Positions 33,933 through 45,228 of a stretch of 64,000 nt of DNA are shown piece after piece (position 1 is the first letter of the stretch; the number at the start of each line of letters is the position of its first letter). The DNA is from Rebecca billardiae RCC1528 (Eukaryota; Protista; Haptophyta): NCBI GenBank assembly GCA_965240325.2, contig OZ251223.1, forward strand, positions 2,976,001 through 3,040,000. Direction: 5' to 3'. The notes beneath the pieces were generated by a model, which saw only the letters and a program-made list of their open reading frames with translations, had not been told where the DNA came from and searched no databases. The translations under genes were made by a program, and so were the position numbers.

Positions 33933-36362
33933 CTACTGCTTAGTAGTATCATTGGTCGTGATGTGATGATGATGTCGCCGGACGTGTTGCTCTAGTAAGG
34001 CACTCACCTTGGCCTCCTTCTCCGGCGTCAGCCCGTGTCGGCGCGCGAAGCGGCGCGCCTCCTCGTGCACGTCCATCCCGACGCAGAAGGTGATGGCGTC
34101 GCTGTGCCCGCCGGTCTCGACAAAGAGCTGAAAGAGGACGGGCAAGGGGGCGGCGTCGATGGGCAGCAGCGGCGGCCCAGTAGGGGCGGAGCGGCCACAG
34201 GCCAGCACCGCCGCGCGTCCAGCGGCGTGTGCGAGCTCTGGCGGCGAGAGGCCGGCTCCTTCCGCGGCGAGGACGGCGGGAAGCGTCGGCGGCGCGCCTC
34301 TCGCATCCCTCGGCCGTGCACACGCGCTCAGCTCGGCCTCGCTGCGCGGAGGGGACGAGCCGCGCGATGCAATCGAGTCGCGTGCAGCTGCCCAGTCGGC
34401 GCACGCTCGTGAGAGCGACTCGGGCAGCCCTCGCGTCGGCCGCGGCCCGGCCGCACGGTCAGGGGGAGGCGGGCGCACGCGCCTCGGCGGGGACGGAGCG
34501 AAGGCGTAGCGGCCTTGTTGGCCTGTGGCGGGCTGTCGTCGGCGCGCGCCGCTCGCAGCCACGCTGCTCTCCCGCGAGCACGCTCTCCCGTGAGCGCGAG
34601 CGCCTACTCGCGCGTCATCGGGGGAGAGGGAGTGCCGTGCCCTTGGAGCGGCGGCTGCATGGGCAGTGCGAACGTACGCGTCCGCATCCAGCACGTCCGC
34701 CTCGCCGATGCTGCCAACCGCGCGTGCGCCCGGCAAGCTGGCCAGCAGGCGCGCGGACACGTCGGCTGCACACGGCGCCGCCAACGCGGGCCCGTTGGCA
34801 GCGCGCGGGCACGCAGGTGCCGTTTGCGCGAGCTCGTGCAGCGGTGCACAGGCCGCGCTCCTCGACAGGCTCGCGGGCGAGCACAAGCCGCTGCCGCCAC
34901 TGCCGCCGCCGCCGCCGAGGCCCGGGCGCGGGGCGGCCGGCACGCCTTCGCTCTCCTGTGTGCACGCGTGGAGCCATTGGCGCGGCGGCGGGCACGGTGC
35001 GTTGGCACTGCGCGGCGGAGGGTGCGTAGCCATGGCTGGCCCGCGCACATGGGCGGGCGGCAGGCTGACGCCGCCGCCATGCGCGTTCGCGGAGCGTGCG
35101 TATGCCTCAAGCGCGAGGTCGTGCGCGTCATCGGCACACGCCAGGCTCCCATGCGCGCCGCTCCACTGCCCCACGTCAGGCGCAGCCGCTGAGACCTCCG
35201 GCTGAGTGGTGTGCTCTGGCTGCTGTGCGCCGAGCGGCCCGCCCGTGGCGGGAGTCGAGCCTGGCCCCGGAACGACAGCGCCTGCCACCGGCGAGGGCGA
35301 CAGAGCGCCGCGCCGCGCGACGCCGAGCGCGGCCTCGATCACGGCAGATGCGTTCGCACGCATCCGCGCGTCCACTGCGCCCGGCACACCGCCGGACTCG
35401 GCCGAGCCGCTGTGTGGCTGCGGCTCGCCAGCTGCAGTTGTGAGCTCGTCGCGTGCGCTGCCGATCGCGGCTGCGATCGACCCGGGCGGCCACGACGACG
35501 ACGCGTAGGCGTCGGGCGTTGCGTGCGCGGCGATGCCGGACGAGTCGCTCACCGCGAGCGCGGCTGTCGTCGCGTGCACTGCCGCCGACGACCCCGCATG
35601 TGCGCACGGCGATGTGCCATCGGTGCACTCGCCGCGCGCGCCGTCCTCGGCCCACCGCACCTCGACAGCCGTGCTAGAGCTGGCCTGCACGCCACAGTCG
35701 CTGGTCTTCGAGCGGCTGACGCGCGCGCGGCCATGCGCGTCTGGCGGACTCGATTCGGCTCCGAGCTTCTCGTACGGCGTGCACCCGTTCAACGCACCGC
35801 CCTCCGCACCGCCAGCCCGGCCGGAGCGCAGCCGCTGTTGCGGCTGCGCCGGCTGGGTGAGCACGATGGTGAGCAGCCTGTGCAGCAGCTCGATGTTCGT
35901 GCGCTCGAGCGCGGAGAGCTCCAGGAATGGGGCGAGTCGGCTGTGCGCGAGCGCCGCGAGCTGCGCCACCTCAACCATGCGCCGGTCCACGAGATCCGCC
36001 TTGAGCCCAACGATGAGCAGCGGGCACCGGGCGTGCGTGCGCTCGGCAGCGAGTTGCGGCAGCCAAGATTGCTCCATGGCCGCGAAGGAGTCGGCCCTGG
36101 TCACATCATACGCGACAACGAGGACATCGCAATCGATGAAATACGCGCGCTTACTCACGAAGTCGTCCCGCCCCACCGCCCAGCAGGAGACTCGTTCGGC
36201 GAGTGGTCCAACGGTGAGCGCGCCCACGTACTCGCCTGCGCCCGGGCGCGCGCCATGCCCACGCGATGCGCCGTCGGCCGGTGAGGGTACGCCGCGATCG
36301 CAAAGCACCTGGAGCAGCGTGCGTTTGCCCACGCCGCTCTCGCCGATGCACACGAGCTTCAT
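33933..36362 (-). CDS. Atypical Ras-superfamily GTPase domain, long disordered linker and small C-terminal domain
   Basis: MKLVCIGESGVGKRT, VAYDVTRADSF, IVGLKADL, FLELSA; canonical DTAGQ missing. Confidence 0.8.
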   Translation of the reverse strand: MKLVCIGESGVGKRTLLQVLCDRGVPSPADGASRGHGARPGAGEYVGALTVGPLAERVSCWAVGRDDFVSKRAYFIDCDVLVVAYDVTRADSFAAMEQSWLPQLAAERTHARCPLLIVGLKADLVDRRMVEVAQLAALAHSRLAPFLELSALERTNIELLHRLLTIVLTQPAQPQQRLRSGRAGGAEGGALNGCTPYEKLGAESSPPDAHGRARVSRSKTSDCGVQASSSTAVEVRWAEDGARGECTDGTSPCAHAGSSAAVHATTAALAVSDSSGIAAHATPDAYASSSWPPGSIAAAIGSARDELTTAAGEPQPHSGSAESGGVPGAVDARMRANASAVIEAALGVARRGALSPSPVAGAVVPGPGSTPATGGPLGAQQPEHTTQPEVSAAAPDVGQWSGAHGSLACADDAHDLALEAYARSANAHGGGVSLPPAHVRGPAMATHPPPRSANAPCPPPRQWLHACTQESEGVPAAPRPGLGGGGGSGGSGLCSPASLSRSAACAPLHELAQTAPACPRAANGPALAAPCAADVSARLLASLPGARAVGSIGEADVLDADAYVRTAHAAAAPRARHSLSPDDARVGARAHGRACSRESSVAASGARRRQPATGQQGRYAFAPSPPRRVRPPPPDRAAGPRPTRGLPESLSRACADWAAARDSIASRGSSPPRSEAELSACARPRDARGAPPTLPAVLAAEGAGLSPPELAHAAGRAAVLACGRSAPTGPPLLPIDAAPLPVLFQLFVETGGHSDAITFCVGMDVHEEARRFARRHGLTPEKEAKVSALLEQHVRRHHHHITTNDTTKQ

Positions 36363-36434
36363 CCACGCCTGAGCGCCAGGGCCGTCGCCGCCATCGATCG
36401 GCCTGAACCGTCCTCCCGCCGACGACGCCGCGGC

Positions 36435-38787
36435 GGCTTCATCCGGTTGCCACATTAAGCTTTGACCACCTGCCACATTAAGGGCCCCGCGACCGGCTGC
36501 CACATTAAGGCGACCGGCTGCCACATTAAGGATCCGCGCCAACGCGCGCACGGCCGCCGACCACGCCACGCACGGAGCGATGCGCCGATGGTCTTCGGCT
36601 CGGTCGCAAACGTCCTGAACCGCGCTGGCCTGTTCAGTCGCCCTTTGCTCGACGCAGTAGTGCACTAGCCGGTGGAGGCAGTGGCGCCGGGCGTCGGGAA
36701 GCACTTCGAGTTCCTCGGTGAGGCTGGCGAGCCCGCGCCCGACAAGAAGTAGCGCGGCGGCGCGTGCGCGCCGTGCTCGCGGTGAAGTACGTGCTGCTCG
36801 CGAAGGGAAAGCAGTTCAAGCAGGGACACCTCGAGCACTCGGCAGATGATCTGGCCTTGCTCGCCGCTGACGGCCAGCGTGCGAAGCGCGCTGCTGGCAT
36901 ACACGGCGTTGAGCAGGCCACCGTGCGAGAGTGCTCCGTCAGACCCGTGGCCAAGGCCCTTGTCGATGCGTTGAAGGGCGCGCGCAAGAGTGCGTGATGG
37001 AGGTCAGTTCCAGGCAGGCTTCATGTTGGCTGCAGCGCTGCGTCTGCGCAGCATGCCCCCGCACGCGCGTCTGCACGCGCACGCCTGCGCTCAGCTGCAA
37101 CTTGCGCTCGAGCTCAGCCTTGAGCGCGCTCAGCGTGCCCTTCAGCAGCTCGAGCGGTTCCTCCTTGCGCCACGCGTCCGCGTGCGCCGCGAGTAGTTGC
37201 TTGTTCAGCGGCTGCACCTGCACCGCCGCGCGCTCGACGCTCGCCTCGACCACCTCCGCGCGCACGCGCTCGCCCACGCGCTCCAGGGACTGCTGCGTCA
37301 GCTCGTGCGCACAGTGGAGCGCAGGAGCGACACCTCCGCGCCATCCACCGCGCTTATCGCCTGGCTGGGCGCTATGGAGAGCTACACGTGCGCCGGGGGT
37401 GCGAGCCCGACGACGCATTCGCAGTTCACCTCGCTGTACGACGAACGCCACCTCGAGCGCACGAGCGCATGCGTCTGCAGCGGGAGCACCGACGGCCGCT
37501 CTGGCGGGCTCGCCGCCGACTTTCCCCAGTAGTAACCAGCATACCAAAGTCGTCTTCGGTAGCGCGCGAGGCTCGCTACAATACGGTGATGCTACACCAC
37601 ATGGGTTGCGTCACGCGCAGCACCACATGGGCGGCCGGCAGCGGCATACCATCGGCTGAGCTGTTCCTAAGTCACTGTTCCTCTGCAGAGAAACGTGCGG
37701 GCGTCGACGAGCACTTGCGCGCTCCGCGGCCTTCGGCACCTTGACATCATTGCGCGTGCGTATGACAGGCGCGGATGGTTGCGCACTTGCGTGTCCGTCG
37801 GCGGCGCGCACGATCCGCGAGCACCGTCCGCCGGGGCCTTGCCATTGTATTGTCGACCTTGGACGGCGCACGGCGCACCGCGGCGCGCTCGCGGCCTTCG
37901 GTCAGGTAGCCCTCGCTGGACATGTGCTGGCCTCTGTTGCTCCGCTGCTCATCGGACCGGGTGCCAATCAGTGGCCCGCAATTGACGACCCGTGCGACTG
38001 CCCCGCATGCTCGCACACGGGATGACTCAGCCTGGAGCCACCCCGGTCGAGATTTTGGGATGTCAAAGCAGTGGCCGAGCATGCGCTCAAGCGCTCTCGT
38101 CCTCATGCAGCGTGACCTCTACCGTTCTACCGTCTGAGCGTCTGCCGTCACAGGAGTCGGACAAGTCCCCAAAGCTGGGTGCAACCAGTCCCTCGGGAGT
38201 AGCCGCCAGGCCTCCCGCCACCACCGCAGCCGCGCCGCCCAGGGTTGTGAGTCCTGGGAGTACCCGGGGTGGTCAGGCTGGCGCGCACGCTCGCGGAACC
38301 TTGGAACCCGCGCTCCCGCGCTGCGTCGCGTGTCACCCGTCGATCGTCGCCCCACCGCCACCTCTTCCCTCCCACCACCACCTCTTCCTCGACATCCTCG
38401 GCCTTCGCCGCAGCACCGACGCCCCCGCGCGCGGCCGCTGTGGCAGCGGGCGATCAGCGTGCGCTGCGCCGCCGCGCCGCCGCGCCGCCCAGAGTTGTGC
38501 AGCGCGGCCTGTGAGTCCTGCGAGCTGCCCTGTGTGGTCAGGCTGGTACGCACGCTCGCTAACGCTTCGAACACGCGCTGCATAGCGTGTCGCCCCTCGA
38601 TCGCCGCCCCACCGCCGCGTTTTCCTCCACGCACGGCGGCCGTCGCCGCGGCACGAGCGCCCCGCGCGCGGGCAGCGCGCCTTAATGTGGTGGCGGGATC
38701 CTTAATGTGGCAGTGGTCAACCGGCTGCCACATTAAGGCTTAATGTGGTGGCGGGATTCGGCTTAATGTGGTAACCGGCTGAAGTCC
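36435..38787. mobile_element. 2.35-kb TIR transposon with subterminal repeats and 8-bp TSD (Merlin-like signature), decayed interior
   Basis: Ends GGCTTCATCCGGTTGCCACATTAAGC / GGACTTCAGCCGGTTACCACATTAAGC (reverse complement); CCACATTAAG repeated 4x left and 5x right; GCCGCGGC at 36427..36434 and 38788..38795. Confidence 0.8.
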
Positions 38788-39216
38788 GCCGCGGCCCCGG
38801 TCACCGGACAAACAGCACGGCGGAACTTGATGAGAATTTCAAGGATCCGCGCACGAAATCCGCCCAGTCGTCACTCGTCACCGGTCGTTTTTGATGCGCG
38901 TGACTAATTCTATGATTTAAAGACACAGGCACGAGGGCGCAGCTCTCCTGATTCGTCTGTCGAAGTACTGAATGGAGTTAATGGAGGATGTCGGAGCGCG
39001 TTGGCCGCGGGTGAGGGAGTCGTCGTAACCGATGCTGATCACACGGTCACTGAGGTAGTAGGCGCCCGGGGATGCCGCTGTTTTGCAGTCGTCGTCGGCC
39101 TTGGTCATCATGTAGTTGCCCGTGTCGTCGTCGTCCGAGGCTGTTCAAGTTGATGCCGTAGTGCAGGTAGTGGATGTGGTCGCCCGGGCCGGTGTGCGCG
39201 GCCTAGTGGCCTTGCC

Positions 39217-39345
39217 GAGTTGAGGGAGTAGTCGCCCTTGCCGTTGAGGAAGTCGTCGTCCTTGCCGTTGAGGAAGTCGTCGCCCTGGCCGCAGAGGAAG
39301 TCGTCGCCCTTGCCGTTGAGGAAGTCGTCGTCCTGGCCGCTGAGG
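39217..39345 (-). repeat. 21-bp minisatellite, ~5-6 copies
   Basis: Unit ~GACGACTTCCTCAACGGCAAG; one frame reads GQDDDFLNGKGDDFLCGQGDDFLNGKDDDFLNGKGD. Confidence 0.85.
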
Positions 39346-40111
39346 GTGCCTGCGCTGCCCAACCGGGCGCGTCTGGCGCGCCAGCGCCGCGCGCGGCTCT
39401 ACGCCAGCGACTGCGGCGCGGCGGCAGCCAGGTCACGGGGGGGGTCGCCGAGGGACGCGGTGCGAGCCTGCTTGGCCGGCTTGGCGTCGCTCCCGCTGCT
39501 GATGACGCGAGCAGTCGTCGACGTCATCATTTTTTTTAGCTCCTGCTACATCAGTTTATTAAGGGGCGCGCTGCTGCACCTCGATCATCGAGGCGAGTTA
39601 CGTCACTGACTGGTTCGTCAGTGACTCACTCAGTGATGACCAGCTGACTCTCCGATTCGTTCGGTCGTTCTGAGGGCTGAACGAAGTGTCGGTCCCGGAC
39701 AGCGGACAGTCCCGACGGTCCCGGGTCCGTGCCAGGCCCAGTGCCAGTGGGCAGTGCCTGCACCGACGAATCATTATTGGTCACAGAGTCGGACCGAGTG
39801 TCCGAGTCAATGAATTAGAGGGCACGATCATTTGTCTCGGTGACTACAGACTAGTCTGATCGCGTGTCCCGGGCGGTGTCGACATCTAGAATACATCTCA
39901 GATCGTGGAGTTCATGCTGACATGCAGAGGATGGCGTGTGGTACAAGTGAGGCTAGCTAGCACGAGCTGCCGCCGAGTTAGACGGAGTGTCGCGCGCGGA
40001 CCGTGCCGCCGCGCGATTAGTCCGATTGCGACTCCGCAGATACGGTAAGACTGCCGAGAACTGGGCCGTCGGCCACCGGCGGCCGCGGTTCAGGGTCGCG
40101 CTGAGACGCGA

Positions 40112-41383
40112 TCACTCGTCGTCGGCGTGGTGGCACAACGGGCCGAAGTGCCAATGCCGCACGTCGAAGGCGTGGTCTCTCACGCCGTGCGCGACCATGA
40201 ACGCCGTGGAGAGCGCGAGCACAAACCCGAGCACGTACACGAGGGCGGACGAGCGGCCTTGCCTCTGCGCGACGATCGACAGGGCGCGGCCGCACAGAGC
40301 GCCGAAGCTGGCGCACGTGGCGAGGATGGACGCGCAGTGCGCGATCGGCTGGAGCGCGCCGGTGCTCATGTAGTGCACGAAGTTCGAGAACTCCGAGAAG
40401 AGGATGATGAAGCACGACGTCGCGGCGGCCACCTGCGTGGGCATGCCAAGCATCACGCACAGCGGCGTGATGATCTCGCCACCGCCCACGCCCAGGAGCC
40501 CCGCGGCGATGCCGATGCACGCCGTGAGCAGCGGCAGCTTGAGCACGCTGCCCGACCACGTGAGCTGCAGCTGGTACCTCGGCGCGCTCGTCTCCGCCTC
40601 CGTCCACTGCGCATCGTCGGACGGCGGCACCAACTCCTCGGCTGACTTCCACCCCAGACGGCGCACGGTGACGACGCCGTACGCGACCGATGCGACGCCG
40701 ATGGGGATGACGGCGAGCAGCGTGGCCCAGTACGCGGGCGAGCAGGAGCGCACGGTCGGGAGGAACGGCACGTGCACATCGCCACCGAGCACGATGAAGT
40801 CCGCGCAGAACAGCACGACAAAGCCGAAGAGGGCCAGCACGTGCTCCCACGGCACGCCGAGCGACACGCGAGGGAGAGACGTGGAGAGCAGCGTGGGGTC
40901 GATGGCGCTCTCGCACGCGACGCTGGCTGCGAGGAGGCTCTGGTGCAGCGTTGGGCGACTCACGCGGCGCGCGTTTTCCTCGCGCCGGAGGTTCTGCGCC
41001 TTCGCCCACATCTGCTTCGACGCCCACAGCAAGAGGACCGTCGAGAGCATGATGAGCACACCCGCCGGGAAGACCGGCGAGAGCGACACGCCGATCGCGC
41101 AGCCCGCGAGCAGCGCGGGCAGCAGAAGGAGCGGCGCGATGAAGTCTATCAGCGGCTGGTCGAGCTCGGGGTGTCGCCTCTGCAGGTTCACAAAGTTCTG
41201 CGCAATCATGGTGCCGAGCACCGCTGTGTGCGAGAGCTTTACGGCGCGCTTGATGGGCACGCCCATCAGCATCATGAGCAGGGGCACGTTGAGACCACCA
41301 CCACCGATGCCAGCAGCGCCACCGAGGGCGCCGACGAGGGCGATGCACGCCCCCGTCAGCCCCATATTAGGCCCGCACGTCAT
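40112..41383 (-). CDS. TauE/SafE (TSUP) sulfite-exporter family membrane protein
   Basis: GGAAGIGGGGLNVPLL, RRHP..PLIDF, AGLLGVGGGEIITP, QVAAATS; multiple TM helices. Confidence 0.92.
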   Translation of the reverse strand: MTCGPNMGLTGACIALVGALGGAAGIGGGGLNVPLLMMLMGVPIKRAVKLSHTAVLGTMIAQNFVNLQRRHPELDQPLIDFIAPLLLLPALLAGCAIGVSLSPVFPAGVLIMLSTVLLLWASKQMWAKAQNLRREENARRVSRPTLHQSLLAASVACESAIDPTLLSTSLPRVSLGVPWEHVLALFGFVVLFCADFIVLGGDVHVPFLPTVRSCSPAYWATLLAVIPIGVASVAYGVVTVRRLGWKSAEELVPPSDDAQWTEAETSAPRYQLQLTWSGSVLKLPLLTACIGIAAGLLGVGGGEIITPLCVMLGMPTQVAAATSCFIILFSEFSNFVHYMSTGALQPIAHCASILATCASFGALCGRALSIVAQRQGRSSALVYVLGFVLALSTAFMVAHGVRDHAFDVRHWHFGPLCHHADDE

Positions 41384-42568
41384 TGTTGGGGCCACAGGAG
41401 CCCGCCGTGCTCGCCCTATGTAGACTCGGGGCCACCGAGCAGGTATTCAGCAGCCCTTGGGATCCGGCTTCGTTAAGACTCCCGCGTCCTCGGGATCCCA
41501 CTTGATGATTGGCCGCCGTGCCGTCCTTCTGAGTTCGTCTGACCACGAGGGCTCGCACAGGCTTGCTCAAAATAGCGCCAATACTTGATGGTAGAGAAGA
41601 CAATAAAATTGAGGGTTACAACCATACCAGTCACCAGCATATAGAGTTCGTCACGGAATATGAGGCGAAAACCTCGAATGTTACCCAGAACGGTTTGAAT
41701 TGCGAGCAGCCGGATCATTTGGGATTTGGCGGCGGCTGCACATGAGTTCGTTAGAAGCAGCGGATGATCATCGGATTCAGGATTTCGGGCATGGCGTCCT
41801 CACGAGGCGACACCCAGTGGAGGGTCTGAGGGGAGAGTGTGTGTGTGTGCGCGCGCGTGTGTGTGTGTCTGTGGACGGGGGATGTGGACGGGGGATTGGG
41901 ACTGTGATGGAAAATCCCGCAGCGTACTTGTGCTCCCAGCACCATCGGCAGCATCGCCGGATCAACCAAATGAGCGCCTCAGAGGCTTTCGGCGGGATAA
42001 AGCCGTACGAGTTTTCAGCGCGTTGGATCTCTTCGACGGGCCTGTTTGGGTCGGACAACTAGCTGAGAGTTCGGAGGTCTTGGTCAACAGTACAGTATCT
42101 GCCAGCAGGACTACGCGCGCCCACACACCCGGTCTGTTCAGTCGGATCTGCAGTACTCCAACTGGTCACTACCTGAATCGGAAGGCGGCGCGCGCCTACA
42201 GGCTACAGGCGAATTACGCAGTGCCTCAGCCTGCGGCCACTCATACAGCTGATTCTGACCGACTCGGCAACGGTCAATACAGCTAGTACTGTCCGCGCGC
42301 TGAGGCGGCCTCAACTGGCAAGCCGCCGAGTCTTAAGGACTCGTTCTGGCACCGCGTTGAGGCGACTCTGCCGAGTGCCGGGGGGCACCGTGGCACTCTG
42401 GCACGAGTCCGAGGGCAGGGCCGCGCACGGCCTGAGGCCTGACTCTGAGTCCGGGCGACTGGCCGGGCTGGTGTGCCCTGTGATTGGCGGGCCTCGAGTG
42501 ACGGCGGGCACGTAGACACGCGGGATTTCCGAGTGCTACTGCGCAGTCTTAGGCTTAGCTCTCTCTAG

Positions 42569-42572
<4 letters not shown>

Positions 42573-42620
<48 letters not shown>
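42573..42620. repeat. (CT)n microsatellite
   Basis: Uninterrupted CT run. Confidence 0.95.
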
Positions 42621-42624
<4 letters not shown>

Positions 42625-43136
42625 CCGGCTGTTTTGGCGTTTATAATACGACTTTCCGTTTCCGTGAGTTTGCCGCGTGTCACGGCCACTCACGGCGGGC
42701 GCGACTCCGGACCGAGTATGGAATGACGTCGGGATTATCAGCACTGCTAGTAGCAGCCTCGTCGGGCGCTCGCGCCAGCCCGTGCCCATTCACTCGTAAC
42801 ATTCATCAGGCTCAATCCAGGCACCGCGGCGCTGCATTCTGAGCATTGCGAGCCGTGGCGGTATTGCCCGGGCCCGGCGCGGGCCGTGAACACCGCCGCG
42901 GCGGCGCCGCGGCAGGACCCGCAGTCGCGGCAGTTTTAACAAACTTTCACTTTCACTAATAACCGAGTTTCAGTTTCACTGAGACGCTGCACCACGGTTC
43001 GTTCGGAGTCGGACCCAACGGCCGGACTCCGCCGCGGGCACCGCGGTCGGCTCCGCGCGGGCCCTGCCCGCGCCAGCCGGCGCGGGACGGTCCGCGCGCC
43101 AGACCGGGTGGCGGTGCGGCCTAATGACAGTAGTAA

Positions 43137-43139
<3 letters not shown>

Positions 43140-43187
<48 letters not shown>
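43140..43187. repeat. (TA)n microsatellite
   Basis: Uninterrupted TA run. Confidence 0.95.
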
Positions 43188-43189
<2 letters not shown>

Positions 43190-43387
43190 CGTATACCGAC
43201 GATAGGTGAGTCAGCGCGCGCGAAGTTGCATGGCACCAACAGCGTCGGCATCTAACTAATTCACCCGACACCCCCGGGCCCGCGCGGCGTGACGGACCTC
43301 ACTCCTCAGAGTGGCCCGCGGACAATGACTAGTCCGGGGAGCGGCGGCCAGCGGGCGGCCCGAGTCTGGGTCACGCGAGTCGAGGAG

Positions 43388-44101
43388 TCAGCCAGGACGT
43401 CCGCTTGTTGGAAACGCGCGCGCACTCCCACTCGCCAGAAACACGGCGCCGTGGTCACTCCCGCCCGACTTGGCCTCCGACCAGCCGCTGTTGATCGCAC
43501 CGCGGTCGCGCGAGCCCGAGAGCCCCGAGAGGTCCTCAACCATGGCGCGCTGCTGCTTTCGATGCAGCAACCGCTCGCGGCATAGCGTGCGGTGCTCAGT
43601 CAGTCGCATGCGCCGCACCTCGTGTAGCACCTCCTCCTCCCGAAGTCGCCGAGCGATCAGGGAGGCGCCGGGCCCGTCCTCCGGTAGCGGGTAGCCCCAC
43701 CACTGTGCTGGCAGGTGCGACACTCGTGCCGATGCGGAGGGCGATGTGAGATGTGCTCGCTCATACGGCATGGGCCCGGGCCAGCGCGAGTACGAGCGGT
43801 TGACCACAGATGAGAAGCTACCCTGCGGCCGATACCAGTAATACAGGAAGTCCTTCTTCGTCGCTGCCGGGTCGACAGGCCGCGCGGGTGGTGCCTTGGG
43901 GAGCAATTGCGACGGCGAGTGGTTGATCACAGGCTGCGACCATGGCGGGAACTCGACCTGGCCCGCGTGCTGCGCGTCCTGCACGGCGTACCAGAACGAC
44001 TTCACGTGCGCCTGCTCCATCCGCCCTTCTTGCGGCGTGTTGGAGAACTCGAGCACGGCACGACGGCCACGCTTGCCCGCCCCACCAGCCTCGGACGCCA
44101 T
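43388..44101 (-). CDS. Hypothetical protein (237 aa)
   Basis: ATG-initiated ORF rich in W/Y/F, unlike GC shadow ORFs; divergent from the next gene. Confidence 0.7.
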   Translation of the reverse strand: MASEAGGAGKRGRRAVLEFSNTPQEGRMEQAHVKSFWYAVQDAQHAGQVEFPPWSQPVINHSPSQLLPKAPPARPVDPAATKKDFLYYWYRPQGSFSSVVNRSYSRWPGPMPYERAHLTSPSASARVSHLPAQWWGYPLPEDGPGASLIARRLREEEVLHEVRRMRLTEHRTLCRERLLHRKQQRAMVEDLSGLSGSRDRGAINSGWSEAKSGGSDHGAVFLASGSARAFPTSGRPG

Positions 44102-44304
44102 CAGTGCAACGCGAGTGGCGCCGCCGGGGGCCCGCGTCAGGCTTCACCGCGTGGGCGCCACGCCCGGCGAAACGTGTAACGGATGTGTGGACGGATGAGA
44201 GCTGTTTGGGGCTTTGGACGCGCCCGCTTTCTTGTTAGTCAGAACCCTGCCACGTCCTCCACGACGTGACGACGCTCATCAAGGGCGAGCGCCGTCCGCA
44301 AGGA

Positions 44305-45228
44305 ATGCCACGACTCGTGCACCTCATCCACGTGCTCGCGGCATGCGCCGGCCTGCCAGGAGTCAGCGCCTTCTGGGGCTACGGCCCATTCGGCTGGAAC
44401 GGCGACACCAAGCCGCCGCCGGGTATGCCGCCAGTGCCTGGCGCTCCGCAGCCTGGCGCTCCGAATCAGGCCCCGGCTGCCGTGCAGCCCATCAGGCCGA
44501 ACCCGCCGGCAGGCGTTACGCCGCCGGCCATGTCGCCGTCGCGTGCGCAGCCCACACCCGCCCAGCCGGCCGTTCCATCGGCAGCAGCGACCCGCGCGGC
44601 AGAGGCAGCCCAAAACCAGGCGGTCGTCCACCACATCCAGCTGGGTCTGGCGTCGGCGGTGAACGAGGGGCGCTCGCGGGGCATCCCCGAGATGAGACTG
44701 GAGCAGGCCGCACAGCGCGTGTACAACCAGCGAGCAGACGTGGTGCTCACGGCCAACAAGGTGGAGGCGAGGGTGCTCAAGGCTCGCAAAGAGCAGGCGG
44801 CGCGCGAGGAGCGGCCGCCGACGCCTCTGACGCCGGTGGCGGAGCAGGCGATTCGGAATGCCGCCCTGGAGCTGGTGAGCAGCACAATGACTCTGCACGC
44901 CGTGAGTTCGCCCACTGTCGACCCACACGCCGTTCCCATCACGCAGGTGGCTGCCGTGGTCAGCGCACGCACCGGCCAGCGCACGACGCCGGAGCTGCAG
45001 CGCCTGGCGACGCAGGGAGAGGCCGGAGCGGGCAGCCCCATGCCGCTCTTCTTCGTGCTGGGCGGCCTGCTGCTCGCCGCTGCCGTCGGCACGCTCACCG
45101 TCTCGCAGGTACGCGCGCACCTCCGGCGGAAGCTCGTGGCCAAGTGGGCGAGCAGCGTCGAGGTGAGCGAGCGCGGCTCGGACAACGGGCTCGGCGAGCC
45201 ACTGGCCCGCTCGTCACTCCGCGTGTGA
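44305..45228 (+). CDS. Hypothetical type-I membrane protein
   Basis: Signal peptide MPRLVHLIHVLAACAGLPGVSA, Pro-rich segment, C-terminal TM LFFVLGGLLLAAAVGTLTV followed by basic residues. Confidence 0.75.
   Translation: MPRLVHLIHVLAACAGLPGVSAFWGYGPFGWNGDTKPPPGMPPVPGAPQPGAPNQAPAAVQPIRPNPPAGVTPPAMSPSRAQPTPAQPAVPSAAATRAAEAAQNQAVVHHIQLGLASAVNEGRSRGIPEMRLEQAAQRVYNQRADVVLTANKVEARVLKARKEQAAREERPPTPLTPVAEQAIRNAALELVSSTMTLHAVSSPTVDPHAVPITQVAAVVSARTGQRTTPELQRLATQGEAGAGSPMPLFFVLGGLLLAAAVGTLTVSQVRAHLRRKLVAKWASSVEVSERGSDNGLGEPLARSSLRV

Noticed and set aside
36440-36530. CRISPR-like reading of CCACATTAAG repeats
   Set aside because: Repeats and spacers too short, no cas genes; better explained as subterminal TE repeats.
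13371-41383. Sulfur gene cluster (SulP plus TauE)
   Set aside because: About 25 kb apart with unrelated genes between.
41473-42336. Possible Kolobok-like element (TTAA GACTC...GAGTC TTAA)
   Set aside because: Only 5 bp of terminal symmetry inside the TTAA; could be chance.
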